Source of the DNA: an uncultured delta proteobacterium
GTDB lineage: Bacteria; Myxococcota; Myxococcia; SLRQ01
Direction: 5' to 3'
Assembly: GCA_963727485.1 (NCBI GenBank)
Contig: CAVSGM010000013.1
Location: 1-36,646 of the forward strand
DNA length: 36,646 nt
A program made the position numbers and the translations under genes. The notes beneath the pieces were generated by a model. The model made no database searches and was not told the origin of the DNA. It worked only from the letters and a program-made list of their open reading frames with translations. Positions 8,321 through 18,618 of this stretch are shown piece after piece. Position 1 is the first letter of the stretch. Each line of letters begins with the position of its first letter.

Positions 8321-10335
8321 ACGCCGAGGCGCTCGCCCGGGCCCTCGCCGACGAGGACGAGGAGGTCCGGTACCAGGCCCTCCAGGCGGAGCTCGATCCC
8401 GATCCCGCTGCCCTCGAGGCCTGCCTCGGCGCCCTGGGCGACCGGTCCTGGCGGGTGCGCAAGGCGGCCGTGGAGTGCCTGGTGGCCCACGCCGGCCGGG
8501 AGGCGGTGATCCCCCGGCTGGTCGACGCCCTCGGCGACGAGGACAACGCGGGGACCCGGAACGCCGCCGCCGAGGCCCTGATGCGCATCGGCGCCGCCGC
8601 CGGCGACGCCCTCGCCGCCCGCCTCGAGGACCCGGACCAGGACCTGCGGAAGTTCTGCGTGGACGTCCTCGGGGAGATCGGTGGCGCCGACGCGGTGCCC
8701 GCCCTGGTGACCCGGCTCGGCGACGCCGACGAGAACGTTCGGGGCGCCGCTGCCGAGGCCCTGGGCAAGATCGGCGGGGAGGCGGCGGAGGCCGCGCTCA
8801 TGGACGTCCTCGGGGGCGCGGACCTCCTGGTGACCCTCTCGGCCCTCGACGCCCTCGGGCGCGCCGGGTGCCTGGTGCCCTTCGGCCGGCTCTCGCCGCT
8901 CCTCGGCAAGCGCCTCCTGCGCCGCCCGGTGCTCCGGCTCCTGGCGCGGATCGCCGACCCCGCGGCCCTCGCCGCCCTGGTGGAGAGCCTCGGCGACCCG
9001 GCCCGCGGCACCCGGGAGGCGGCCCTGGGCGCCCTCGGCGAGTGGATGGACTGGCACGACCCCGGACGGACCGCGGCGAAGCAGGCCCTCGAGGCCCTCG
9101 ACCCGGCGGCCCTCACCGACGCCTGCGCCCTGGCCCTCGAAGGCCGGGATCCGGTGGTCGTCGCCGGGGCGGTGGAGGTGCTGGCGCTCCTCGGCGCCGC
9201 CGAGCTCGCCCCGCGGATGATCGAGGCCGCCGGCGACGAGCGCCTCCGGGAGCGGGTGCAGTCGGCGCTCCTGCGCATGGGCGAGGCGGTGACCCGGCCG
9301 CTGCTGGCCGCCCTCGACGGCCTGGGCCCGGCGGCCCAGGAGGTCGCGGCGGCGGTGCTCGCGGGCATCGGCGATCCCCGGGCGGTCCCCGAGCTGGTGC
9401 AGCGCCTCGACCAGGGCGACGACCGGGTGCGTCTCGCCGCCGTCGAGGCCCTGGGCCTCCTCGGCGACGAGCGCGCCGTGGAGCCCCTCTCCCGCTACCT
9501 CGGCCGCGCCGACCGCCTCCTCTCGGGCACCGTGATCCGTGCCCTCGGCGCCCTCGCCGAGGCGGCCCGGGAGCGGGTCCTCGACGCCTGCCGCTCGCTG
9601 CTCGGCCACGAGGACGCCCTCCGCGTCGCCGACGCCTGCCGGGTGCTCGCCGAGGTCGGCTCCCCGGCGGAGATCCCGCTGCTCCAGGCGGTGCTCCGCC
9701 ACGAGGACCCGCGGGCCCGGGAGGCCGCCGTCGACGCCCTGGGGGCGCTGCCCGCCGGCGAGGCGGTGGACCAGCTCCGCTTCGGCCTCACCGACGAGTC
9801 GCCCCAGGTCCGCGCCGCCGCCGCCCGGGCCCTGGGCCGCCAGGGGGGACGCCCGGCGGTCGAGGCCCTGCTCATCGCCCTCCAGGACGACGAGCCGGTG
9901 GTCGTGGGCGCCGCCGCCGAGGCGGTGGGGGAGGTCGGTGGCCCCGAGGACGCGGTCCACCTCCTGCCCCTGGTGGGCGAGGCCGCGGACCCGGCGCCGG
10001 CACCGGCCGCCTGGGCCGCGGTGCGCGCCCTGGGCCGGCTCGGGGCCCCGGACCTCGCCACCGCCCTCGGTCGGGCCGCGAGCCACCCCGAGGGCGAGGT
10101 GGTCAAGGAGGTCGCCGAGGTCGCCGCCGACCTCGAAGGCGAGGCCGGCGCCCGGATCCTCCTCGCCTGCGCCCGGCACCCCGCCTGGGACGTGCGCCGG
10201 GTCGCCGCCCGCCTCCTCGCCCGCCGCGGAGATCCCTCGGTGATCCCCGATCTCGAGGCCCTCCTCGCGGGCGAGTCCGATCCCCTCGCCGCCGAGGGGT
10301 TCCGGGAGGCGGTCGCCCGCCTGGGTGAGGTCTGA
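8317..10335 (+). CDS. HEAT-repeat (PBS lyase-like) protein
   Basis: ATGA overlap with the upstream stop; many LxDxDxxVRxAAxEALGxIG-type repeats. Confidence 0.88.
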   Translation: MNAEALARALADEDEEVRYQALQAELDPDPAALEACLGALGDRSWRVRKAAVECLVAHAGREAVIPRLVDALGDEDNAGTRNAAAEALMRIGAAAGDALAARLEDPDQDLRKFCVDVLGEIGGADAVPALVTRLGDADENVRGAAAEALGKIGGEAAEAALMDVLGGADLLVTLSALDALGRAGCLVPFGRLSPLLGKRLLRRPVLRLLARIADPAALAALVESLGDPARGTREAALGALGEWMDWHDPGRTAAKQALEALDPAALTDACALALEGRDPVVVAGAVEVLALLGAAELAPRMIEAAGDERLRERVQSALLRMGEAVTRPLLAALDGLGPAAQEVAAAVLAGIGDPRAVPELVQRLDQGDDRVRLAAVEALGLLGDERAVEPLSRYLGRADRLLSGTVIRALGALAEAARERVLDACRSLLGHEDALRVADACRVLAEVGSPAEIPLLQAVLRHEDPRAREAAVDALGALPAGEAVDQLRFGLTDESPQVRAAAARALGRQGGRPAVEALLIALQDDEPVVVGAAAEAVGEVGGPEDAVHLLPLVGEAADPAPAPAAWAAVRALGRLGAPDLATALGRAASHPEGEVVKEVAEVAADLEGEAGARILLACARHPAWDVRRVAARLLARRGDPSVIPDLEALLAGESDPLAAEGFREAVARLGEV

Positions 10336-10338
10336 CGG

Positions 10339-11196
10339 GTGCTGCGGGGTCCCACCCGGGTCCCGATGACCCTGGAGGCCTTCCGGCTGCTCCGGGATCT
10401 CATCCACGGGTACTGCGGCATCTACTTCCGCGAGGAGATGAAGTACCTCCTCGAGCGGCGCCTCGCCCCGCGCCTCGCCCTCCACGGCCTCGAGGACTAC
10501 GAGGCCTACTACCGCTTCCTCCGCTTCGATCCCCAGCGCCAGCGGGAGATGGAGGAGGCGGTCGAGGTCCTCACCACCAACGAGACCTACTTCTTCCGCG
10601 AGGAGGCGCAGCTCCAGGCCTTCGCCCGGGAGATCCTCCCCCAGCTCTATGAGCAGAACCTCGCGAGGCGGCAGCTGCGCATCTGGTCGGCGGGGTGCAG
10701 CACCGGCGAGGAGCCCTACACCATCGCCATGCTCATCCTCGACACCGGGCTGTTCAAGGACTGGGACGTGGAGATCTTCGGCAACGACATCTCCCGCCAG
10801 GTCCTGGCCACCGCCCGCCGGGGCCAGTACCGGGAGCACGCCCTACGCAACACCGACCCCACGAACCTCCGTCGCTTCTTCGAGGCGGTGGGGGGCACCT
10901 GGCAGATCCGCGACGAGGTGAAGCGGATGGTCTCCTTCGGCCACCTGAACCTCCTCGACACCCAGATGATCGGCCTGGTGGGGACCATGGATGTCGTCTT
11001 CTGTCGTAACGTTCTCATCTACTTCGACGTCGAAGCCAGGAGGCGGGTGCTCAAGGTCTTCCACAGCCGCCTCAAGCCCGGGGGCTATCTCCTCCTCGGC
11101 CACTCCGAGTCCCTCATCAACCTGACCGCCGACTTCGAGCTGGTGCACCTGAAGCACGACCTGGTGTACCGCAAGCCCGAGAGCGCCCTCCCGTGA
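10339..11196 (+). CDS. cheR: Chemotaxis methyltransferase CheR (start may be ATG 10366)
   Basis: TTNETYFFRE, IWSAGCSTGEEPY, FCRNVLIYF, GGYLLLGHSE. Confidence 0.93.
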   Translation: MLRGPTRVPMTLEAFRLLRDLIHGYCGIYFREEMKYLLERRLAPRLALHGLEDYEAYYRFLRFDPQRQREMEEAVEVLTTNETYFFREEAQLQAFAREILPQLYEQNLARRQLRIWSAGCSTGEEPYTIAMLILDTGLFKDWDVEIFGNDISRQVLATARRGQYREHALRNTDPTNLRRFFEAVGGTWQIRDEVKRMVSFGHLNLLDTQMIGLVGTMDVVFCRNVLIYFDVEARRRVLKVFHSRLKPGGYLLLGHSESLINLTADFELVHLKHDLVYRKPESALP

Positions 11197-12275
11197 AGCC
11201 CCCAATCAAACGGCCCATCCGCGCCCTGGTCATCGACGACTCCGCCTACAACCGGCGGACCCTCACCCAGCTCCTCGAGGCCGGCGGGGAGGTGGAGGTG
11301 ATCGGCTCGGCCCCCGACGGCGACGAGGGTCTCAAGGAGGCCCTCCGCCTCGACCCCGAGGTGATCACCCTCGACCTCGAGATGCCGCGGATGGACGGGT
11401 TCACCTTCCTCCGCCTGCTCATGGCCCGGAGGCCGACCCCGGTGATCGTGGTCAGCTCCTACGCCCGGAAGGCCAACGTGTTCCGGGCCCTGGAGCTGGG
11501 GGCGGTGGACTTCGTGGCCAAGCCCAGCCGGTTCATCACCAAGGAGATCGAGAGCATCCGGGACGAGCTCCTGGAGAAGATCCGGACGGTGCGGGCGCTC
11601 AAGCCCGAGCGCCTCGGGGCGGCGAAGCCGGCGCCGGCGCGCCTGGCACCGGTGACCCCGAAGCGGGCCCGGCGGCCGGTGCGGGTGGTGGCGATCGGCG
11701 CCTCCACCGGCGGTCCCCCGGCGCTCCAGCACATCCTCACCGCGCTCCCCGAGGACCTCGACGTCGCCCTGGTGCTGGTGCAGCACATGCCCGCGCGCTT
11801 CACCGCGGCCTTCGCCGAGCGGGTCAACAAGGCCGCCGGCATCGAGGTGCGCGAGGCCCGGGACGGCGATCGCCTCGAGGCCGGCGTGGCGTTGCTCGCC
11901 CCCGGGGGGCTGCGCACCGAGGTCATGGCCCGGGGCGACGATCTCTTCCTCCGGGTGCGACCCGAGCCCGACCCGGACAGCTACGTCCCCTCCATCGACG
12001 CGGTCTTCGAGTCCCTCGCCGAGGTGGCCGGGCGGCGCAGCCTGGGGGTGGTGCTCACGGGCATGGGGCGCGACGGAAGAGACGGCGTGGTGAAGCTGAA
12101 GGGACACGGCGCCACCGTGGTGGCCGAGAGCGAGCTCACCGCCGTGGTCTACGGGATGCCCAAGGAGGCGGCGGCCACCGGGAAGGTGGATCGGATCCTC
12201 CCCTTGGACGAGATCCCTGCCGCGATTCTCGAGTTCGCGTCCGGCGGAGCGTTGCCCCCGGACCGGGGAAGGTGA
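11193..12275 (+). CDS. cheB: Chemotaxis methylesterase CheB (receiver + esterase)
   Basis: Receiver motif TLDLEMPRMDG; catalytic GASTGG, QHMP and TGMGRDG motifs intact. Confidence 0.93.
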   Translation: MKPPIKRPIRALVIDDSAYNRRTLTQLLEAGGEVEVIGSAPDGDEGLKEALRLDPEVITLDLEMPRMDGFTFLRLLMARRPTPVIVVSSYARKANVFRALELGAVDFVAKPSRFITKEIESIRDELLEKIRTVRALKPERLGAAKPAPARLAPVTPKRARRPVRVVAIGASTGGPPALQHILTALPEDLDVALVLVQHMPARFTAAFAERVNKAAGIEVREARDGDRLEAGVALLAPGGLRTEVMARGDDLFLRVRPEPDPDSYVPSIDAVFESLAEVAGRRSLGVVLTGMGRDGRDGVVKLKGHGATVVAESELTAVVYGMPKEAAATGKVDRILPLDEIPAAILEFASGGALPPDRGR

Positions 12276-12288
12276 TAGGCGAATTGCG

Positions 12289-12840
12289 ATGGCAGATGGG
12301 ACCGAGCTTTCGACCGACGTGAACGTCGAGGAAGAGGAGCGCCTCACCAACCTCTACGTGGCGAGCTGGAACCTCCACTCCAGCCTCGACCTGCGTGAGG
12401 TGGTCACGGTCATCCTCGAGATCTGCCTGAACCTCGTGGGCGCCGACCGCACCGTCTTCTACGTCTTCGACGAGGAGGCCCAGCGCCTGGAGGCGGTCAC
12501 CGCCCACGGCCAGGACGGCGTGCCTCCGGCCCCGGTGGATCTCGGCGAAGGACCCGTCGGCGAGGCGGTGGCCAGCGCCCGTCCCTCGATCAACCCCGGC
12601 GACGCCGAGGGCCCCCTCGCGGTGGTCCCCCTCACCGCCTCCGGTCGCCCGGTGGGCGCGGTGGTGGTGGAGCGGCTGCTCCAGCAGAAGCCGGCCCTCT
12701 CGGCCCTCGACCTGGAGATCTTCGATCTCCTCGGCCGCCAGGGTGGCCTCGCCCTCTACGGCGCCTTCCTCGCGGGCGCCACACCCAGGAAGCTCACCGT
12801 GACCGAGTTCCGGCACCGGCTGGAGGCAGAGGATGTCTGA
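12289..12840 (+). CDS. Stand-alone GAF-domain protein
   Basis: LHSSLDLREVVTVILE helix, GEGPVGEAV and VVPLTASGRPVGAVVV strands typical of GAF folds. Confidence 0.75.
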   Translation: MADGTELSTDVNVEEEERLTNLYVASWNLHSSLDLREVVTVILEICLNLVGADRTVFYVFDEEAQRLEAVTAHGQDGVPPAPVDLGEGPVGEAVASARPSINPGDAEGPLAVVPLTASGRPVGAVVVERLLQQKPALSALDLEIFDLLGRQGGLALYGAFLAGATPRKLTVTEFRHRLEAEDV

Positions 12841-13219
12841 TCGCAAGGCGCTCGTGGTCGAGGACTCGCCCACCATGCGGCAGCTCCTGGTCTTCGCCCT
12901 CCGGCGGATTCCGGGCCTGGTGTGCACCGAGGCCGACGACGGCGTCGACGCCCTCAAGAAGCTCACCGCCGAGCAGTTCGACATCCTCATCACCGACATC
13001 AACATGCCCATCATGGACGGGCTGAAGCTGGTGGGGCTGGTGCGCAAGGACGGGCGGCACAAGGACATCCCGGTGGTGGTCATCACCACCGAGGGCGGCG
13101 CCGAGGACCGGCAGCGCGCCATGTCGCTCGGGGCCAACGCCTACATCACCAAGCCCATCCGGGCCCCCCAGGTGATCGAGGTCGTCAAGGACCTGCTGGC
13201 CCAGGCCGCGACGGCCTGA
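12833..13219 (+). CDS. cheY: Second CheY-like response regulator
   Basis: LVVEDSPTMR, ITDINMP, ITTE, ITKP; clear paralog of 4033..4416. Confidence 0.9.
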   Translation: MSDRKALVVEDSPTMRQLLVFALRRIPGLVCTEADDGVDALKKLTAEQFDILITDINMPIMDGLKLVGLVRKDGRHKDIPVVVITTEGGAEDRQRAMSLGANAYITKPIRAPQVIEVVKDLLAQAATA

Positions 13220-13255
13220 GCCGGCGCCGCCCCGGGCCGAGCGCCCGCCGGCGCG

Positions 13256-14587
<1,332 letters not shown>

Positions 14588-14650
14588 GGCGGCGGAGTCT
14601 AACCCGGACGGGCCGGGGCAGCTACGGCGTCGTGCACCCGGGCGGGGCGG

Positions 14651-15133
14651 TCAGTCGCAGAACCGGCGCCAGGTCTCCGGGAGCGGGCGCCCGAGGGTGC
14701 GCTCGACGCTCTCGGCGTCGGGGAGGCGGTAGGCAATCCGGGCCTTCATCCCCACCTTGCCCTGCTGCTCGAGGGTGACCGAGAGGGTGACCACCCGGCC
14801 GTGCTCGCTGGCGATGCGCCCGCGGCCGACAATCTCCTCGCCCACGCGGATGGGGCGCATGAGGCGGACCTGCATCGAGGTGGTGAAGCCCATCCGCCCC
14901 TTGAGGCCCATCAGGGTCCACCCGGCGAGCTCGTCGGCGAGGGTCGCCTGCAGCCCACCGTGGAAGATGCCCGGGGGACCGTCCTCGCCCTCGCGGGGGG
15001 TGAACCGGGTCACCACCGAGTCGCCCTCCCGCTCGAAGCGGAGCCGCCAGCCGCGGTGGTTGTGGGGGCCGCAGCCGAAGCAGGTCTGGTCCTCACCGAA
15101 GGTCAGCGGATCGAGCTTCACGGGCTCTGGCAT
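14651..15133 (-). CDS. PaaI-like hotdog-fold thioesterase
   Basis: CFGCGPHNHRG and GIFHGGLQATLADE motifs; start taken at MPEPVKL (15133). Confidence 0.8.
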   Translation of the reverse strand: MPEPVKLDPLTFGEDQTCFGCGPHNHRGWRLRFEREGDSVVTRFTPREGEDGPPGIFHGGLQATLADELAGWTLMGLKGRMGFTTSMQVRLMRPIRVGEEIVGRGRIASEHGRVVTLSVTLEQQGKVGMKARIAYRLPDAESVERTLGRPLPETWRRFCD

Positions 15134-15221
15134 CGGCGACGGATCGCAGGCGTGCCGCCCGGCGTCAAGGGGCGGGCGAAGCGCTGGTGCACCGCGGCGC
15201 CCCGGAATAGAGTGCCGGGCC

Positions 15222-17708
15222 ATGGCTGACGAGCAGACGCGATACGAGCCGGCCACCTTCGAGGGTCGGTGGCAGGAGACCTGGCGGGAGCGGGGCATGT
15301 TCCGGGCCCACGACGACTCGGACAAGCCCCCGTTCTACGTCCTGGAGATGTTCCCCTACCCGTCGGGGAACATGCACATGGGCCACGTGCGGGTCTACGC
15401 CATCGGCGACGTCCTGGCGCGCTACCAGCGGATGCGGGGCCACGAGGTCCTCCACCCCATGGGCTTCGACGCCTTCGGGCTGCCGGCGGAGAACGCCGCC
15501 ATCAAGGACGGGGTCCACCCCGACGAGCGGACCCTCCGGAACATGGCGTCGTTCAAGTCGGAGATGCTGGCGCTGGGCTACGCCTACGACTGGGACCGGG
15601 AGATCCGCACCTGCGACCCCGAGTACTACCGGTGGAACCAGTGGTTCTTCCTCAAGCTGTGGGAGAAGGGCCTGGTCTACAGGCGGAGCACCCGCCTGAA
15701 CTGGTGCCCCTCCTGCGGCACGGTGCTGGCCAACGAGCAGGTGGTCGACGGGCGGTGCTGGCGCTGCGACAGCGAGGTCGAGGAGCGCGAGATGCCCCAG
15801 TGGGCCATCCGCATCACCGCCTACGCCGACCAGCTCCTGGACGGCCTGGACACGCTGCCCGCCTGGCCCGACCGCATCGCCACCATGCAGCGCAACTGGC
15901 TCGGCCGCTCCGACGGCGTCGAGGCCGACTTCCAGCTGGTGGGCCGCGACGAGAAGATCCGCGTGTTCACCACCCGCGCCGACACCCTCCACGGGGCCAC
16001 CTACATGGTGCTGGCCCCGGAGCACCCCCTGGTCGCCGGGATCACCACCGCCGACCGCAAGGCCGAGGTCGACGCCTTCGTCGCCAAGGTCCGGGAGACC
16101 GACACGGTCGAACGCACCAGCCCCGAGTCCGAGAAGGAGGGGGTGTTCACCGGCGCCTACGCGGTGAACCCGGTCAACGGCGAGAAGCTGCCGGTGTGGA
16201 TCGGCAACTTCGTCCTCGCCGAGTACGGCACCGGCGCCATCATGAGCGTCCCCGCCCACGACGAGCGCGACTTCCGGTTCGCCAGGAAGTACGGCCTGCC
16301 CATCCGCGCCGTGATCCACGCCGAGGGCACCGAGCCGGCGGACGGCGACGCCCTGGAGGCGGCCTTCACCGAGGACGGGGTCCTGGCCCGCTCCGGCGAC
16401 CACACGGGCCTGACCTCCGCCGACGCCCGCACGGCCATCGGCACCTGGCTGAAGGCCCAGGGCATCGGCGAGCCCACGGTGAACTGGCACCTGCGCGACT
16501 GGGGCATCTCCCGGCAGCGCTACTGGGGCACGCCAATCCCGGTGGTCTACTGCGACACCGACGGGGTGCAGCCGGTCCCGGAGAAGGACCTGCCGGTGAC
16601 GCTGCCCCGGGACGTGAAGCTCACCGGCGAGGGCGGCTCCCCCCTGGCGCGGGTCGACACCTTCGTGGAGACGACCTGCCCGGTGTGCGGCGGTCCGGCC
16701 CGGCGCGAGACCGAGACCATGGACACCTTCGTGGACTCGAGCTGGTACTACGCCCGGTACCTCGACCCCAAGGGCGACACCGCGCCCTTCGACCGGAAGC
16801 ACGCCGACCGGTGGCTGCCGGTGGACGTCTACGTGGGCGGCCCCGAGCACGCGGTGATGCACCTGCTCTACTTCCGCTTCTGGCACAAGTTCATGCGCGA
16901 CCTGGGCCTGGTCGCCGGTGACGAGCCGGTCAAGCGCCTGGTGACCCAGGGCATCGTGATGAAGGGCGGGGCCAAGATGTCCAAGTCGCTGGGCAACGTG
17001 GTCTCGCCCCGGGACATGATCGACAAGTACGGCGCCGACACCGTGCGGATGTTCATCCTCTTCGCGGCCCCGCCCGAGAAGGACATCGACTGGAACGACG
17101 ACGCCGTCGAAGGGCAGTACCGCTTCCTCGGCCGGGTGTGGCGCACGGTCGCCGGCCGCCTGGGTGAGCTGGGGGACGCCGACCCCGCGGCCTCGGCCGA
17201 CGGCCTCGAGGGCGACGACCTGGCGACCTTCCGGGTGGTCCACAAGACCCTCCAGGCGGTGAACCGCGACATCGAGGGGCGTCTCTCCTACAACACCGCC
17301 ATCGCCCGGATCATGGAGCTGGTGAACCACCTCCAGGGCTACCAGCCCCAAGGCGAGCCGGGGCAGGGGGTGCTGCGCCTGGCCTTCGAGACCCTGGCCA
17401 CCGTGCTCTACCCCTTCGCGCCCCACCTCGGCGAGGAGCTGTGGCACCGCCTGGGCCACGAGACCCTGCTCCTGGAGCGGGCCTGGCCCGACCACGACCC
17501 GGCGGCGGTGATCGAGGACACCCTGACCCTGGCGGTGCAGGTCAACGGCAAGCTCCGGGCCTCCATCGAGGTCGCCGCCGATGCCGACGCCGAGACCATC
17601 AAGGCCGCGGCCAGGGCCGACGCCAACGTCCAGCGCCACCTGGAGGGGAAGACGGTCCGCAAGGAGATCGTCGTCCCCAGGCGCCTGGTGAACTTCGTGG
17701 TGGGATGA
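15222..17708 (+). CDS. leuS: Leucine--tRNA ligase
   Basis: MFPYPSG-HMGH (HIGH), KMSKS, editing domain FTTRADT/GTGAIMSVPAHD, C-terminal VQVNGKLR. Confidence 0.96.
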   Translation: MADEQTRYEPATFEGRWQETWRERGMFRAHDDSDKPPFYVLEMFPYPSGNMHMGHVRVYAIGDVLARYQRMRGHEVLHPMGFDAFGLPAENAAIKDGVHPDERTLRNMASFKSEMLALGYAYDWDREIRTCDPEYYRWNQWFFLKLWEKGLVYRRSTRLNWCPSCGTVLANEQVVDGRCWRCDSEVEEREMPQWAIRITAYADQLLDGLDTLPAWPDRIATMQRNWLGRSDGVEADFQLVGRDEKIRVFTTRADTLHGATYMVLAPEHPLVAGITTADRKAEVDAFVAKVRETDTVERTSPESEKEGVFTGAYAVNPVNGEKLPVWIGNFVLAEYGTGAIMSVPAHDERDFRFARKYGLPIRAVIHAEGTEPADGDALEAAFTEDGVLARSGDHTGLTSADARTAIGTWLKAQGIGEPTVNWHLRDWGISRQRYWGTPIPVVYCDTDGVQPVPEKDLPVTLPRDVKLTGEGGSPLARVDTFVETTCPVCGGPARRETETMDTFVDSSWYYARYLDPKGDTAPFDRKHADRWLPVDVYVGGPEHAVMHLLYFRFWHKFMRDLGLVAGDEPVKRLVTQGIVMKGGAKMSKSLGNVVSPRDMIDKYGADTVRMFILFAAPPEKDIDWNDDAVEGQYRFLGRVWRTVAGRLGELGDADPAASADGLEGDDLATFRVVHKTLQAVNRDIEGRLSYNTAIARIMELVNHLQGYQPQGEPGQGVLRLAFETLATVLYPFAPHLGEELWHRLGHETLLLERAWPDHDPAAVIEDTLTLAVQVNGKLRASIEVAADADAETIKAAARADANVQRHLEGKTVRKEIVVPRRLVNFVVG

Positions 17709-18226
17709 GCCGGGCCCTCGCCGCGTCGCTCGCCGTCCTCGCCCTCGCCGGGGGCGGCGGCTGCGGCTACACCCTCGCCGCCCGGCCCGACCTCCCCGGG
17801 GGCGTGCAGGCGGTCGAGGTCCCGGTGGTCCAGGCGGACGTCCCCGACGTGGAGGTGGGGGCGGCCTTCGGACGGGCGCTGGCCGCCCGGGTCCAGGCCG
17901 ACGACCGCCTCACCCGCGACGGCAGCGGCGCCCGGCTCCTGGCGAAGGTCACCCGGATCAGCGTGACCCCGGCGGCCTTCCCCGGGAACGTCGCCGGGGC
18001 CGGGCTCTACACCCTGGGCCTCCAGGTGGTCCTGCGCCTGGTGCCCCGGGGTGGGGGCAAGCCCCTGCGGCAGGTGGTGGTCGCCGGCGACGCCCCCTAC
18101 CTCGCCGGGCGGGGGCCCGAGGCCACCGAGGCCAACCGGCGCCGGGCCCTGACGCGCCTGGCGCGGCGACTGGCGAGCCAGGCCTGGGCCCAGCTCACCG
18201 AGCCGGCGACGCCGTCGAAGCCCTAG
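17705..18226 (+). CDS. lptE: LptE-like outer-membrane lipoprotein
   Basis: Lipoprotein signal ending in GCGY, about 173 aa, coupled to leuS by an ATGA overlap as in the usual leuS-lptE arrangement. Confidence 0.65.
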   Translation: MSRALAASLAVLALAGGGGCGYTLAARPDLPGGVQAVEVPVVQADVPDVEVGAAFGRALAARVQADDRLTRDGSGARLLAKVTRISVTPAAFPGNVAGAGLYTLGLQVVLRLVPRGGGKPLRQVVVAGDAPYLAGRGPEATEANRRRALTRLARRLASQAWAQLTEPATPSKP

Positions 18227-18489
18227 GCCGAGAGGCCGTTCACCGCCCGGGTGAGCCGGGCGATGGTGCGGCTGGCGGTGCGCTGGTGGATGACGCCCTT
18301 GCTGGCGGTCTTGTCCACGAACTGCACCGCGGCCTTGAGGGCCGCCTGGGCCCGGGTGGCGTCACTCGCCGCCACGGCCTCGCGGACCTCCTTCACCTTG
18401 GTCCGCATGGTCTTCTTGAAGAAGAGGTTCCGCTGCTGGCGGTTGACCGCCTGGCGGGCGGCCTTCGCTGCGCTCTTGATGTTCGCCAC
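18223..18489 (-). CDS. rpsT: 30S ribosomal protein S20
   Basis: MANIKSAAK...DKTASKGVIH; GTG start with GGAGG Shine-Dalgarno. Confidence 0.95.
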   Translation of the reverse strand: MANIKSAAKAARQAVNRQQRNLFFKKTMRTKVKEVREAVAASDATRAQAALKAAVQFVDKTASKGVIHQRTASRTIARLTRAVNGLSA

Positions 18490-18522
18490 GGTCGACTGCC
18501 TCCGAAGTTCCGGAAAGCGGGC

Positions 18523-18551
18523 TAGCTACCAGTGGGCGGGGCGGGTGTCAA
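18523..18551 (-). promoter_or_regulatory. Putative sigma70 promoter of rpsT
   Basis: Minus strand: TTGACA (18551-18546), 17 nt, TAGCTA (18528-18523). Confidence 0.55.
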
Positions 18552-18618
18552 GGTCGGGGCCGCCCCAGCCCCGGCCATATCGTTGACGCCGAGGGGGTTC
18601 CGCGCCACCCTCCCCGAG

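Noticed and set aside
12220..12291. CGATTC near the end of cheB; deleting a T would fuse CheB in frame to the GAF protein
   Set aside because: The existing frame gives a normal CheB ending (EIPAAILEF) and a stop. The fused linker would use rare codons, so this site is probably correct as given.
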